Shown: positions 39,480 through 49,332 of the stretch, piece by piece | How the letters are laid out: each line of letters starts with the position of its first letter | How positions within the stretch are numbered: position 1 is the stretch's first letter | Origin: Candidatus Latescibacterota bacterium | Lineage (GTDB): Bacteria; Latescibacterota; UBA2968 | DNA: 64,000 nt | Direction of reading: 5' to 3' | Assembly (NCBI GenBank): GCA_965205975.1 | Contig: OZ242195.1 | Coordinates: forward strand, 1,280,001-1,344,000 | Position numbers and translations under genes: made by a program | The notes under the pieces: generated by a model | Told to the model about the DNA's origin: nothing | The model's input: only the letters and a program-made list of their open reading frames with translations | The model's database searches: none

Positions 39480-41897
39480 ATGCGTTCTTATATATTGGTT
39501 TTCACGCTGATAGCAGTTGTAACTCCCATATATGCACAGGGTACGGTGCAACAAGTGGTAGGCGATCTCGTCTATGTGGAAGGGCTTTCGGCTGATCTGG
39601 ATGGCAAATTGCGGATTGCAGGCGATGATGGTGCGGTTTTGCAGGTGATCAAGGTGTTGCCCAATGTGGTGGTTGCGCGCGTGGTCGAGGAAAATGGCTC
39701 GGCAGTAAAATCTGGCGATCAAATTCAGGCGGATGATGGTACGCTTGCAGGCTCGCCGCGCAGGGTAGCGCATGCGACGCGGGTTGTTGCGGCGCCGCGG
39801 ATTGACGGGCGGTTGGACGACGAGGTTTGGCAACAGGCGCAGGCTGCGGAGGGGTTTGTTCAACGCGATCCGAAATACTGGATGCCGGTTACTGAGCGGA
39901 CGGTTGTGAAAATTATTTATGATAATGAGAAAATTTATTTTGGTTTTGAATGTTACGACAAAAATCCCGGTCTCATTGTTACCAATAATATGCGCCGAGA
40001 TTCTCAGCTTTCCGGCGATGACAATATTCAGTTGTTGCTCGATCCGTTTAATGACAAACAGAATGGGGTTTTCTTTTTTGTCAATGCACTCGGCGCACGG
40101 ACAGATATGCTTTTGTCAAATGAAGGGCGAACGACGAATGAAGATTGGGATTGTATCTGGGAGGCGCGGTGTGTGCGTCACGAGAGAGGCTGGACTGCCG
40201 AAATAGCGATTCCGTTTAATCAACTCCGTTTCAATCCGTCTGATGAGATGGAATGGGGGATTAACATGGGGCGTTATATCGGGCATAAGAACGAGGAGAC
40301 CGCATTTATTGTCGGGCGACATACGCCATCGCCCCGGCGGAGGTATCAGATGACAGATATGGGTGTGTTGCGCGGATTAAAGGCTGTTGAAAGAAAGCGG
40401 CTTTTCCAGATCAAGCCATATCTGTTGCCGGGAACTTCGCGCAATTTTGCAGGCGATGAGGGTGAGAATCGCACGTTTGAAGCAGGTGCAGATGTGCGTT
40501 ATGGCTTGACGCCTAATCTCGCACTGGATGTGTCTTATAATACGGATTTTGCCCAGGTCGAAGCCGATCAAGAGCAGGTGAATTTGACGCAGTTTTCCCA
40601 GTTTTTTCCCGAAAAGCGCGAGTTTTTTCTGGAGGGGGCGCAGTTGTTTGATTTTGGCGAGGCCGCGTCAACTCGCGGTGGCGATGTGCGCCCGCCAACA
40701 CTGCTGTTTTACAGCAGAAGAATCGGTCTGGATGGGGGGCAGCCCGTGCCGATTCTCGCAGGTGGCAAACTGGCTGGTAAGGCCGGTCGCACGAGCATTG
40801 GTGCGTTAAATGTTCTGACGGATTCTGAGACGTTGGACACGCAGACCCTGCCGCGTAGAAATTTTTCCGTGCTTCGGATCAAACGCGATGTGTTCGCGCG
40901 GTCCAATGTGGGTTTTATCTGGGTAAATAAACAAAGCGAAGTGTCCGAAGGTGGGTGGGGCGACTACAATCGCGCAGGGGGGCTGGATTTCAGTTTTTCG
41001 CCTTCAACCGCGGTCAATATACAGGCTTTTTACGCGCGTACCTGGGATACAGAACGAGAAGATGCAGACGATGCACGGTATCTTCGCTTTTCGTATAACG
41101 GTACCAAATACTCGGGTTCGGCAACTGTTCTGGATGTGGAAGATGATTTTGAGCCGGAGGCGGGGTTTGTCAATCGTCGGCGTGGGATTCGGGGATTTCG
41201 GCGCTACAATGTTAATCTATCCTATTTGCCGCGTCCCCAGGTCGCCAATATCCGCAATTTGAGATTCACGCCCGATATTCAGATAATTGAAGACGACGAA
41301 GGCGAGGTACCGTTCCAGCGGTTCAGACTTGACGGTGTGCTCGCACTTCAGACGGCTGACCGCTTTTTGGTGCGTATGGAAAGGACCCGCGATGTTGTGA
41401 CGCGGACTTTTAGACCGTCGCGCAAGCGACCCGATGTCGCCATTCCACCGGACGAATACACTTTTACATCGTTCAGGCTGGGACCGGATACGGCAAATTA
41501 TCGCAAATTGCAGTTGGATTTCGATTTTCTGGTGGGAACCTATTATACGGGACACCTGTATCGGGTGACGGCAGAAAATGCCTATCGGCCCAATGGCAGA
41601 TTGGGTATTGAGCTGATTTACGATGGCAATTGGATTCGCTTGCCACAGGCCAATCTCAATATTCAGGCATTGAGTACGCGGTTGATTTACTCGTTTACAA
41701 CCGATTTCTTTTTTAAATTTTTTGCACAGTGGAATAGTGACAGCGAATCCGTGGGCGCAAATTTTTTGCTCAATTACCGATTTCGCCCGGGCAGCGATAT
41801 TTTCTTTGTGTATGATCACGGGTTTGGAACCGATGGCAATCTTCACCAGACCGGCCGCGCATTGCTGCTCAAGGTGTCGTATTTGATTGGGTTGTGA
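39480..41897 (+). CDS. CBM9-like / DUF5916-type probable outer-membrane protein
   Basis: IDGRLDD, WTAEIAIPF, NTDFAQVEAD, FFPEKREFFLEG, LFYSRRIG and C-terminal LLKVSY. Confidence 0.8.
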   Translation: MRSYILVFTLIAVVTPIYAQGTVQQVVGDLVYVEGLSADLDGKLRIAGDDGAVLQVIKVLPNVVVARVVEENGSAVKSGDQIQADDGTLAGSPRRVAHATRVVAAPRIDGRLDDEVWQQAQAAEGFVQRDPKYWMPVTERTVVKIIYDNEKIYFGFECYDKNPGLIVTNNMRRDSQLSGDDNIQLLLDPFNDKQNGVFFFVNALGARTDMLLSNEGRTTNEDWDCIWEARCVRHERGWTAEIAIPFNQLRFNPSDEMEWGINMGRYIGHKNEETAFIVGRHTPSPRRRYQMTDMGVLRGLKAVERKRLFQIKPYLLPGTSRNFAGDEGENRTFEAGADVRYGLTPNLALDVSYNTDFAQVEADQEQVNLTQFSQFFPEKREFFLEGAQLFDFGEAASTRGGDVRPPTLLFYSRRIGLDGGQPVPILAGGKLAGKAGRTSIGALNVLTDSETLDTQTLPRRNFSVLRIKRDVFARSNVGFIWVNKQSEVSEGGWGDYNRAGGLDFSFSPSTAVNIQAFYARTWDTEREDADDARYLRFSYNGTKYSGSATVLDVEDDFEPEAGFVNRRRGIRGFRRYNVNLSYLPRPQVANIRNLRFTPDIQIIEDDEGEVPFQRFRLDGVLALQTADRFLVRMERTRDVVTRTFRPSRKRPDVAIPPDEYTFTSFRLGPDTANYRKLQLDFDFLVGTYYTGHLYRVTAENAYRPNGRLGIELIYDGNWIRLPQANLNIQALSTRLIYSFTTDFFFKFFAQWNSDSESVGANFLLNYRFRPGSDIFFVYDHGFGTDGNLHQTGRALLLKVSYLIGL

Positions 41898-41923
41898 GAT
41901 AGGCTCTATCACAGAAATGAAAC

Positions 41924-41958
41924 AAAAAAGCACCCGAATAACACTCGGGTGCTTTTTT
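41924..41958. terminator. Bidirectional terminator
   Basis: AAAAAAGCACCCGA...TCGGGTGCTTTTTT between convergent genes. Confidence 0.85.
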
Positions 41959-41980
41959 GTTTTTTAACCTGGTTGCATTC

Positions 41981-43681
41981 TCACAGCGCGAGGGCAACAC
42001 CTATGCCGACGATGGGAATGAGCAGGTATTTGAGCAGTCCGCTGCGTCTGCCCTGGATATTGCCGAGGATAGATGTTTCCAATTTTTCATTTCCTGTTTT
42101 GTAATACAGGCATTCTGTACCGGGAGTCGCGGCGATGGCAGTAACCCCGGGCCAAACGGGTTTGATGCTGCCCATGGGATAGAGAATGATATTTTCTCGG
42201 TGGCGTTTGTAATCGCCCATTTTGACCAGAAGCGCGTATTCTCGACCAAAAGTAATTTGATCGGGTTGAACAATAGGACCGAGTTCGTCCCCGACTACGG
42301 TTTGCAAACGAACCGTATCCGACGCGGTTTTGGCGGTGGGCAACCACAGACTGACGCGCGGTGAGATGGGTAGAAAAGTGGGAGCATCTGAAACGCGGAA
42401 TGAAATGGGAATGGCCATGTTTTGCGTGTCTTTGAGCATATAATGGCCTTTGGGAAGGGTGATGGAAAACTCTTGCTGCCGATTGGCGATATTGTCGTTC
42501 AGGATGTGTTCGGCAAGGGCGACGAGGCTGTCGTGCATGGCCTGTTCGTGCGAGGAGGTGGCCGGGGGCACGGGTGCTTCTCGCGTGAAGCGCACCTGTT
42601 CAAAGCGCAGGGTTTTGGAAGGCAGGTTGCGAATGGCGAGATAGGCCGCATTTACGTTGACATCTAATCGCCCGAGGCGCGTGTGCCATTGTTCGGCAAA
42701 GCGCGTGAGATCGCCCAGGCGGGACTCGTTTTTCCCTGGAAGGGGATTGGGTTCCTGCTCAATGGGAAAAGGAGAACGCCCCCGGGCTTCTTCAAAGAGT
42801 GCGTGAGCTTCTGAGAAGCGGCGGTATTTGCCGAGTACAATGCCGCGGTACACGTCAATTTGCGACAGCGCGCGGAGCAGGCCGCGTTCGCTTTTTCCCA
42901 TAAGACGCATCGTGCGTTCTAATTCGCGCGTCTGGTGGCTATAGTATTTCAGGTCTTCGATAAAAGGCATCAGGCGCGGATCGCTGAGGCGGATAGACGC
43001 ATTGGTTTCAACCGCGGGGACTGTTTCGCCAATGGCCAGGGCAGCGGCGAGGAGTTGCACGCTTTCGGCGAGGTATTGGTCTGCGATATCCACGAGACCG
43101 GGGATGGACAATTCCGTGAGTGGCAGCGGATTGCGGGTAAGCCTAATTTCTATGAGTTTGCCACGCGGGGGCAGAAAGAGGTCTTGTTCGATGAGGTTAA
43201 AGCCGGGTTTGCTGATTTCGAGATGGTATTTGCCCACAAAAAGGTCCGACATATAAGCCACATTGCCGCGTCCGATGTTGATAAACCCGGTGATGGTCGT
43301 GTCTTGATCTGCAAACCGAAGGTGTATTTCCGCGCCTAAAGCCGCGAGTTGATCGGATCGGATCTCCAGACGTGCTTTCTGACGTATGAGCGCGATATGC
43401 ACCGTATCTGCCAAAACGGTTGTCGTAAATGTGCGCGTGTAGGGCTGGTAGCCGTGTGCATACGCCTGAATTTTATCGCCAATGTTCAGCAACTTTTCTG
43501 TGGCAAATGGCGTATAACCCGCTTCCTGCCCATTGATGAAGATCTGGGCACCTGTGGGTTCTGAGCGAATGTGGATTTTCGTCTTGAGAAGCATCCTCGG
43601 CGCAGGCTCTGTTTCTTGAGCCTGGATATAGAACGGTGTGGTCAGCAGGATGCAAAATAAAATGAATCGCAGTGTGTTCAT
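41981..43681 (-). CDS. PEGA domain protein with a signal peptide and a C-terminal TM helix
   Basis: IRSEPTGAQIFING...GYTP; second repeat GKYHLEISKPGF; TPR-like helix pair; hydrophobic C-terminus. Confidence 0.75.
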   Translation of the reverse strand: MNTLRFILFCILLTTPFYIQAQETEPAPRMLLKTKIHIRSEPTGAQIFINGQEAGYTPFATEKLLNIGDKIQAYAHGYQPYTRTFTTTVLADTVHIALIRQKARLEIRSDQLAALGAEIHLRFADQDTTITGFINIGRGNVAYMSDLFVGKYHLEISKPGFNLIEQDLFLPPRGKLIEIRLTRNPLPLTELSIPGLVDIADQYLAESVQLLAAALAIGETVPAVETNASIRLSDPRLMPFIEDLKYYSHQTRELERTMRLMGKSERGLLRALSQIDVYRGIVLGKYRRFSEAHALFEEARGRSPFPIEQEPNPLPGKNESRLGDLTRFAEQWHTRLGRLDVNVNAAYLAIRNLPSKTLRFEQVRFTREAPVPPATSSHEQAMHDSLVALAEHILNDNIANRQQEFSITLPKGHYMLKDTQNMAIPISFRVSDAPTFLPISPRVSLWLPTAKTASDTVRLQTVVGDELGPIVQPDQITFGREYALLVKMGDYKRHRENIILYPMGSIKPVWPGVTAIAATPGTECLYYKTGNEKLETSILGNIQGRRSGLLKYLLIPIVGIGVALAL

Positions 43682-45054
43682 GGGGAGGTATCCTGTTTTT
43701 TGCTGAGTAGCGCGCTGTTGTGCTTTTCTTCGAGTTGACGCGCTTGCACATAGTTGCCCTGACTTTTGGCAATCCGATGAAATTCTTCCCAGTAGCGTTC
43801 TGGCGCGATGCGATAGGCCATTTCCGCGGCCTGGTATGCTCTGTCTCCCACATTTTGCAGATTGGAGTTGAAATAGGCAATCGCCAGGGTGATCAGGGCT
43901 TCGCCGCGGTCTTGCCAGCCAAAGGAGGTTACAGGATAAATAGTTGAGATGGCCTCTCGGTACGCGCCTTCTTTGAGTTTTACGCTCGCCAAACTGAGCG
44001 AAAGCCCGCCATAGGTATCGCACACTCTCGGTTCGAATTGGTTGTGCGCGTATGCGTATTTGGCATATTCAACGGCTCTGGGCAAGTCGTCTCGGTACGC
44101 GGTGAAGGCCATGTCGAGATAGAGGGCGGCGCGAGAGGTGTCGGATCTCGCATAGACCAGAGCGCGTTGCATAGCGTGGATTGCGCGGTTGGCTTCTTCT
44201 TCCTTGCTGTGGCGCAATCCCTTGAGGCGGTAGATGGCACAGCGCATGTTATAGCCGCCGTCAAAGCGCGCGGCAGCGAGCACTTGATTGAACCAGTCGG
44301 GGTTGTCGCCCAAAACGCCGCGGGAAGATGCGGCGGCAATTTTTGGGATGTAAAAATCGGGTTCTATGCCTTCAAAATTCGCCTGCCCGGCGGTTTCGAT
44401 CAGGTTCAGACTGTTTTCGATATAGACGCTTAAATAAGCCTGGAGGGTATCGCTCATGCTGCTGCGTTGCGGCGCGGCATAGACAATTTCCTTTTGCGTT
44501 CTGCCGAGAATCGCCATCCAAATGTCGCGCAGACCACCCTCTGCGAGATGCCATATCCGGTGCAAGGAGTCAATTGTTGCGGGTTGAAAGCGCGAGGGTA
44601 TCCAGGTGCTGTCTCGCAATACTGGCGGGGGCAAATCCAGCGGCAGAGGTTGGCGGTTGTTTTCGCGCTCAAGCACGAAGTTGGCACGCGCCATCGCGTA
44701 TTTGACGGTGAGACGTCCCAATTCGTAGCGAATATCGGGGTCTTGCTCGCGGTCAAGCGCCGTGCGGTAGGCGTCGGCACTTTTTCTGAGCAGGTCCAAT
44801 CGGTTGGGCGCGTCCTGGCCCGTGTCGTAGGCACGCTCGCCTGCCGTGCCCAGCCAGATATAATAGGCACTGGTAAAGATGAGGGCCTGGTTGCACGCAC
44901 GCTCAAAATGTGCGACGGCTTCAATATATCGCCCAAGCGCGTAAGCACTGCGGCCCTGCTCAAAAGACTGATAGGCGAGGCTGTCATCCTTTCCCTGTGC
45001 AAAAGAAAGGGCTGGCAAAATCAAAAAAGCGAATATAAGGAAGATTTTTTTCAT
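43678..45054 (-). CDS. Secreted tetratricopeptide repeat protein
   Basis: Signal peptide MKKIFLIF; TPR-like GRSAYALGRYIEAVAHFERA and further helical repeats. Confidence 0.7.
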   Translation of the reverse strand: MKKIFLIFAFLILPALSFAQGKDDSLAYQSFEQGRSAYALGRYIEAVAHFERACNQALIFTSAYYIWLGTAGERAYDTGQDAPNRLDLLRKSADAYRTALDREQDPDIRYELGRLTVKYAMARANFVLERENNRQPLPLDLPPPVLRDSTWIPSRFQPATIDSLHRIWHLAEGGLRDIWMAILGRTQKEIVYAAPQRSSMSDTLQAYLSVYIENSLNLIETAGQANFEGIEPDFYIPKIAAASSRGVLGDNPDWFNQVLAAARFDGGYNMRCAIYRLKGLRHSKEEEANRAIHAMQRALVYARSDTSRAALYLDMAFTAYRDDLPRAVEYAKYAYAHNQFEPRVCDTYGGLSLSLASVKLKEGAYREAISTIYPVTSFGWQDRGEALITLAIAYFNSNLQNVGDRAYQAAEMAYRIAPERYWEEFHRIAKSQGNYVQARQLEEKHNSALLSKKQDTSP

Positions 45055-45062
45055 AAGCGACC

Positions 45063-46427
45063 TCACGAATTGCTCAGGGCGCGGTTGAGAAAGCGGATGC
45101 CCCGGCGCGCTTCGGTTTCTATGTGAAGGGCTTTGTCTATGCCCGAGCGTGCAAAAATCTGAATATCGTCGAGTTGGCCCAGCCGAAATGTGAGGATAAA
45201 TGCAACACCGTCGGCAAATTGTATTCTGGCTTTGTCTGGCGCCAATGTGAGTTGGGCATTTTCATATATTCTGTTTTGAGGCATTTTCAGTCGAGAAAGT
45301 GCGCGCTGGATACGGGTTAGCTGCACGAGTTCTGCCGAGAGACCAGCCGATGTATGAAAGTTGGAAAAACCAATGCGTCCAGCAGGTCGGTAGCCTTTGA
45401 GATCGGTGGATTCTGCTTGTTGCTCAGGCTGATCTTTACCCGCGCTCGCGCCAGTTGATGGCAATGTGGTAGGGGTGGGGGCGGGCATACTCATCGTGGG
45501 ACGCGCGACATGGACTTCTGGCCGCGAACCAAAAAACGAGGAGGGATTCGCGCCTCTGTCCAGATTGGGTGCCGAGACACGGGGCGGGGGTTTTAATCCA
45601 CCGAGCGATGGTCTGTCGAGTTGGCGCGGAATATCGGGTAGTGATGCGAGTGCCAATTTCGGTTTGTCCGGCAGCGCGATTTTAGGACGAGGCGCTGGCT
45701 TTGGGGCAGCCTGCACCCGGGGTTCTGGATCTGGTTTTGTTACGTTGACGTCCTCCCGCGTGTTTTTGCTCATGTCAAAGATGCCCTGTGCACTTACGAG
45801 CATATCTTCAAAATTTGTGACAATGGCTTTGAATGCCCGCCCGCCTTGGGGAGGACTCAGTGCTAATAGCAAGACGATGCCCAGTGCAAACGCACCGGCC
45901 AATGCGGGTAAAAAGCGTTGTTGTGTGCGTTGAATAGGGGCATAGGGTAAGCGGATGGACTGTGGTGGGGGAACTATCGCCTGGTCAGGAACAAGGGCGA
46001 TGGCGATTTCTATTTCATGTCGGCGATTGGGGAAGTCCGCCCAGAGTTTGGAAAGCCCCAGATAGTTCTGCCTGGCTACAAGCGCGCATGCTTCGTGAAA
46101 GATATGGTCCTTGTAGAAGCGGTTGATGATTTCGCGTGAGGGCAATTTGAAATGGCTCGATGGCGAAATCTGCCCTATGCGCACCTCAAAGCTGTCGGTT
46201 TTCAATGGAGGGGCATACCCCAGGTCTCGCAACTGTTTGAAGAGGTGTTCGATGGCCTGGTGATAGTCGCTTGTAAAGCGTTCGGGCGAGGGATAATTAC
46301 ATGCTCGCCGCGCCTCAGACAAGTTGCGAGCGCGCAGTATGGCAGATAATACGCTAAAAAATTTGGGATGATCCTTTCGCATGCTTTCAGCAGCACTCTG
46401 GATCATTTTTTTTTCACGGGGAGACAT
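45063..46427 (-). CDS. TonB/TolA-like protein with an N-terminal soluble domain, one TM and a Pro-rich linker
   Basis: TM FLPALAGAFALGIVLLLAL at about aa 172-190; KPDPEPRVQAAPKPAPRPK linker; follows the exbD-like gene. Confidence 0.6.
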   Translation of the reverse strand: MSPREKKMIQSAAESMRKDHPKFFSVLSAILRARNLSEARRACNYPSPERFTSDYHQAIEHLFKQLRDLGYAPPLKTDSFEVRIGQISPSSHFKLPSREIINRFYKDHIFHEACALVARQNYLGLSKLWADFPNRRHEIEIAIALVPDQAIVPPPQSIRLPYAPIQRTQQRFLPALAGAFALGIVLLLALSPPQGGRAFKAIVTNFEDMLVSAQGIFDMSKNTREDVNVTKPDPEPRVQAAPKPAPRPKIALPDKPKLALASLPDIPRQLDRPSLGGLKPPPRVSAPNLDRGANPSSFFGSRPEVHVARPTMSMPAPTPTTLPSTGASAGKDQPEQQAESTDLKGYRPAGRIGFSNFHTSAGLSAELVQLTRIQRALSRLKMPQNRIYENAQLTLAPDKARIQFADGVAFILTFRLGQLDDIQIFARSGIDKALHIETEARRGIRFLNRALSNS

Positions 46428-46435
46428 ATTCTATT

Positions 46436-46966
46436 TTACAACTTTCTTTTTTGACTTTCAAGCCCCCATTGCACAGTCTTAAATCCACTGTTGTTGAGGG
46501 CGTCGTACACGCCAACGGTATAAGTCACGGTTGCATCGCGTTCAAAATAGAGGCGCACCAAAATGTCATTGGGCTCAAATCCATGTTGTGCCTGTAGTGC
46601 GAGTAAAGCTTTTTTTACGGACAAAAATACAGCGCGTTCAATGCCGACCTGGTCGTTATCTGTGCGGTCTTGAAAGACCATATGCTCTTCCGTCGCAACC
46701 CCGCCTTTGTCAAATTGTACATAGGATTTTCCGATGATGATCTGCAAAAAACGCTCATCTGTGGGGTGGGGGGCAGAGCCTTTTTCGTCGGGTGCTTTAA
46801 TAAAATTGAGTTTTTGTGCGTGAACAAAGCGGTTGTGCAAATTGGCGAGATGGGTTTGCCACACGTTCTGAATGATAAAAAATGTTAGCAGCAAAAACAA
46901 GACATCAATAAACCCTTCGCCCGTGTCTAAAAGTGCTGCCAAAGGTCGCCTGTTGCGATGTCTCAC
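46436..46966 (-). CDS. ExbD/TolR-like protein
   Basis: GFIDVLFLLLTFFII TM with the conserved Asp; C-terminal VRLYFERDA...VYDALNNSGF. Confidence 0.75.
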   Translation of the reverse strand: MRHRNRRPLAALLDTGEGFIDVLFLLLTFFIIQNVWQTHLANLHNRFVHAQKLNFIKAPDEKGSAPHPTDERFLQIIIGKSYVQFDKGGVATEEHMVFQDRTDNDQVGIERAVFLSVKKALLALQAQHGFEPNDILVRLYFERDATVTYTVGVYDALNNSGFKTVQWGLESQKRKL

Positions 46967-46967
46967 G

Positions 46968-48221
46968 TCAATCTCCTATTCCTTCCCTCTTACCTATATC
47001 TATCTGATAAAAGTGCTGAATCAGGTTGAGCATGCGCGCCCGATGTTGCAGACTGCGGGCTTTGGTTTTTCGTATGAGGATCATGGATAGAATGCGTCCG
47101 AGAAATCCAATGGCTGTGGTTACAAGAGCAAAGTTGATATAATGCGCCATTTTGAGCTGGGTTTGGGCTGGGCCTTCGCCGACTTTCATGGTGTCTTCTA
47201 AAATTTTGAAGGCGTCTATCATGCCAATCACTGTGCCCAAAAGGCCCATGGAGAGCGATAGAAGGCCCAACATGCCAAAGCCTTCGGACAGGCGATCCTC
47301 AATTTCATCAAAGAGAAGATAGATTTTGTCGGTGCATCGCTCGACCAATCGCGCCTGGTCAGATGCGATTTCAGATTCGACAGATGTGAGGATAGCATAG
47401 AGTTCTGTGTTTTCAGACAGGGCGTAATCGGCGTTGTATTGCCCGCCCCATAGCAGGTTAATGCCCTCCTTCTGAACAATTTGCGCGTCGGAATTGGTGA
47501 AGAAGCGGTCGGGTGATAAGTCGTGAGATAAGACCTGGGCATAGCGCACAACCATATAGAAGGGCAAGGCGATCAGAAGCAGAATTAAAACTGTAGAAAG
47601 TGGACCGCTGATGTTGGAGATATAGCGTCCAATAGATTCGGCCAAATCACCGCCGCGAACAACCGTGGGTACGGCATTGTCGGCTGCAAACGCGATTTGG
47701 ATGTCCTCAAACTTGTATTCGAGCATCTGCGTATTGGGCGCAATGGGACCATCGGGTGTCTGGTCAAAGCCCATCGCATAGCTCCGGTTGTTGTACTGAA
47801 AGCTCAAATCGTCAATCACGGCACTGTGGCTGGCATTGCGCGTGCGAATGACGAGGCTGTCGATGGGCATGTCGGGTATTGCGATCCATTCGCGTTGCGT
47901 ACCAGCGTGATAGGTCGAATCACGCCCCTGTGTGTGTACGATTACGGCGATGGGTAAAAAACGATCTACATTCTTAAAGCGGATATCCGTGACTGCAATT
48001 TTTTGATTTGGATTGTCGGGTTGTTGGAATGTGACGGTAAGTGCCTTCCAAAAAGTTCCCCCCTGAAGGACTTGCCCACCTTGCAGTCCGGTGATAGCTC
48101 CATCGAGCCAGATCGCCGCTTTTGTGCAGATATAGAGGCCAACAAAGAGGGTAGCGAGATAGAGTGCTACCTGGGCAATGGGACTTTTTTTTAGAATGGG
48201 ATGATTTAGAATCTGTGCCAT
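46968..48221 (-). CDS. MotA/TolQ/ExbB proton channel family protein with a large N-terminal extension
   Basis: GLLGTVIGMIDAF and INFALVTTAIG motifs; extra TM plus a soluble domain at the N-terminus; start uncertain (ORF open to 48287). Confidence 0.85.
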   Translation of the reverse strand: MAQILNHPILKKSPIAQVALYLATLFVGLYICTKAAIWLDGAITGLQGGQVLQGGTFWKALTVTFQQPDNPNQKIAVTDIRFKNVDRFLPIAVIVHTQGRDSTYHAGTQREWIAIPDMPIDSLVIRTRNASHSAVIDDLSFQYNNRSYAMGFDQTPDGPIAPNTQMLEYKFEDIQIAFAADNAVPTVVRGGDLAESIGRYISNISGPLSTVLILLLIALPFYMVVRYAQVLSHDLSPDRFFTNSDAQIVQKEGINLLWGGQYNADYALSENTELYAILTSVESEIASDQARLVERCTDKIYLLFDEIEDRLSEGFGMLGLLSLSMGLLGTVIGMIDAFKILEDTMKVGEGPAQTQLKMAHYINFALVTTAIGFLGRILSMILIRKTKARSLQHRARMLNLIQHFYQIDIGKREGIGD

Positions 48222-48369
48222 GTATTCTCGGTATTTGGACATGTAATAAGGAATCTCCACATACATCATATTAGAACTGATTTGCAAAATCTAAGGCTTT
48301 ATTCCGAAATTATCCACCAAAACTTTTAACCATATGGGGTGAAATTGATTCGGTCCTGACAACTGAAAG

Positions 48370-48416
48370 AAGCCCCGTCTAAAATCGCTTGCACGATCTC
48401 GGATGGGGCTTTTTTT
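48370..48416. terminator. Intergenic hairpin, probable terminator
   Basis: AAGCCCCGTCT...GGATGGGGCTT followed by a T run. Confidence 0.5.
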
Positions 48417-48433
48417 ATACTCATCATTTCTTT

Positions 48434-49165
48434 TTATCCCGCAATGATCATATAGCTAAACCATTCGCTGTGGGGATTTTTGATGTGATAGGACAGGCCG
48501 GGGGGTATGTGGACCACGTCGCCTTCTGTGATGTGCTGTTCGCCATCAGATGTGATGAGGATGCCCCTGTTTTCCAGAATCCAGAAGCCGAGTTCTATGT
48601 CGTCATAACATCGCGCAATGCTCTGCTGGCCGGGTTGTACGGCTTCGCGGTCGATGAAGGCGATGGATTTTAAGCATCCCGTGTTTTCTTCGGCGACAGG
48701 GCCGAGTTGATGCCAGCGAATCGCGCCCGCGCCATCGCTTACGGGCAAAACATCTTCCCAGTTGCGGATCACACATTCGCCTCCGGGTGCGGTGTCGATA
48801 TTTTTGCTGAGGACGAGGTGTTCGAGCCATTCGTCGTTCATGTCGTTGAACATCTGATGGTAAATATCTGCGGGCAAATACACGGCGTCGCCGGGGCGTA
48901 CGGCAAAGCGGTCTTCTCCTACGAGGACTTCGCCGCTGCCGCTGATGATATAATACGCTTGTTCGACTTGCTGATGTTTGTGGTGGTCGGAGGTTTTGCG
49001 CCCTTGAAGTCCGTGTTTGACAATGCCCTGAATATTGTGCAACTGCGGTGAGTCGTCTTCACCGTGTTTGGGCGTCGCATTTCTCTGTCTTAACCCCGGC
49101 CAGCGAATCGCGCTCAGGTGCGCTACTTCGGGTTGTTGGTCTCGCCAGTTTTTGATGTATGCCAT
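48434..49165 (-). CDS. Bicupin protein
   Basis: HKHQQVEQAYYIISGSG...PGDAVYLP...YH; second degenerate cupin EGDVVHIPPG; AGGAGG RBS. Confidence 0.8.
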   Translation of the reverse strand: MAYIKNWRDQQPEVAHLSAIRWPGLRQRNATPKHGEDDSPQLHNIQGIVKHGLQGRKTSDHHKHQQVEQAYYIISGSGEVLVGEDRFAVRPGDAVYLPADIYHQMFNDMNDEWLEHLVLSKNIDTAPGGECVIRNWEDVLPVSDGAGAIRWHQLGPVAEENTGCLKSIAFIDREAVQPGQQSIARCYDDIELGFWILENRGILITSDGEQHITEGDVVHIPPGLSYHIKNPHSEWFSYMIIAG

Positions 49166-49332
49166 GTTCGCCTCCTGATGGTGAAGAAATCCGCAGATGA
49201 AAATAATTATCCGCAGATGTACGCTGATGTACGCAGATAAAAATAGATGAAAACAACAGTTAGTCACAATTTATCATGACTTTCCAGTTGATGCAATTTG
49301 GAAGTCATAAGGTAAACGCGAGGAGATCGACA

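Noticed and set aside
43682..44023. N-terminal extension of the PEGA ORF in the track
   Set aside because: It overlaps the TPR gene in another frame; the signal peptide begins at 43681
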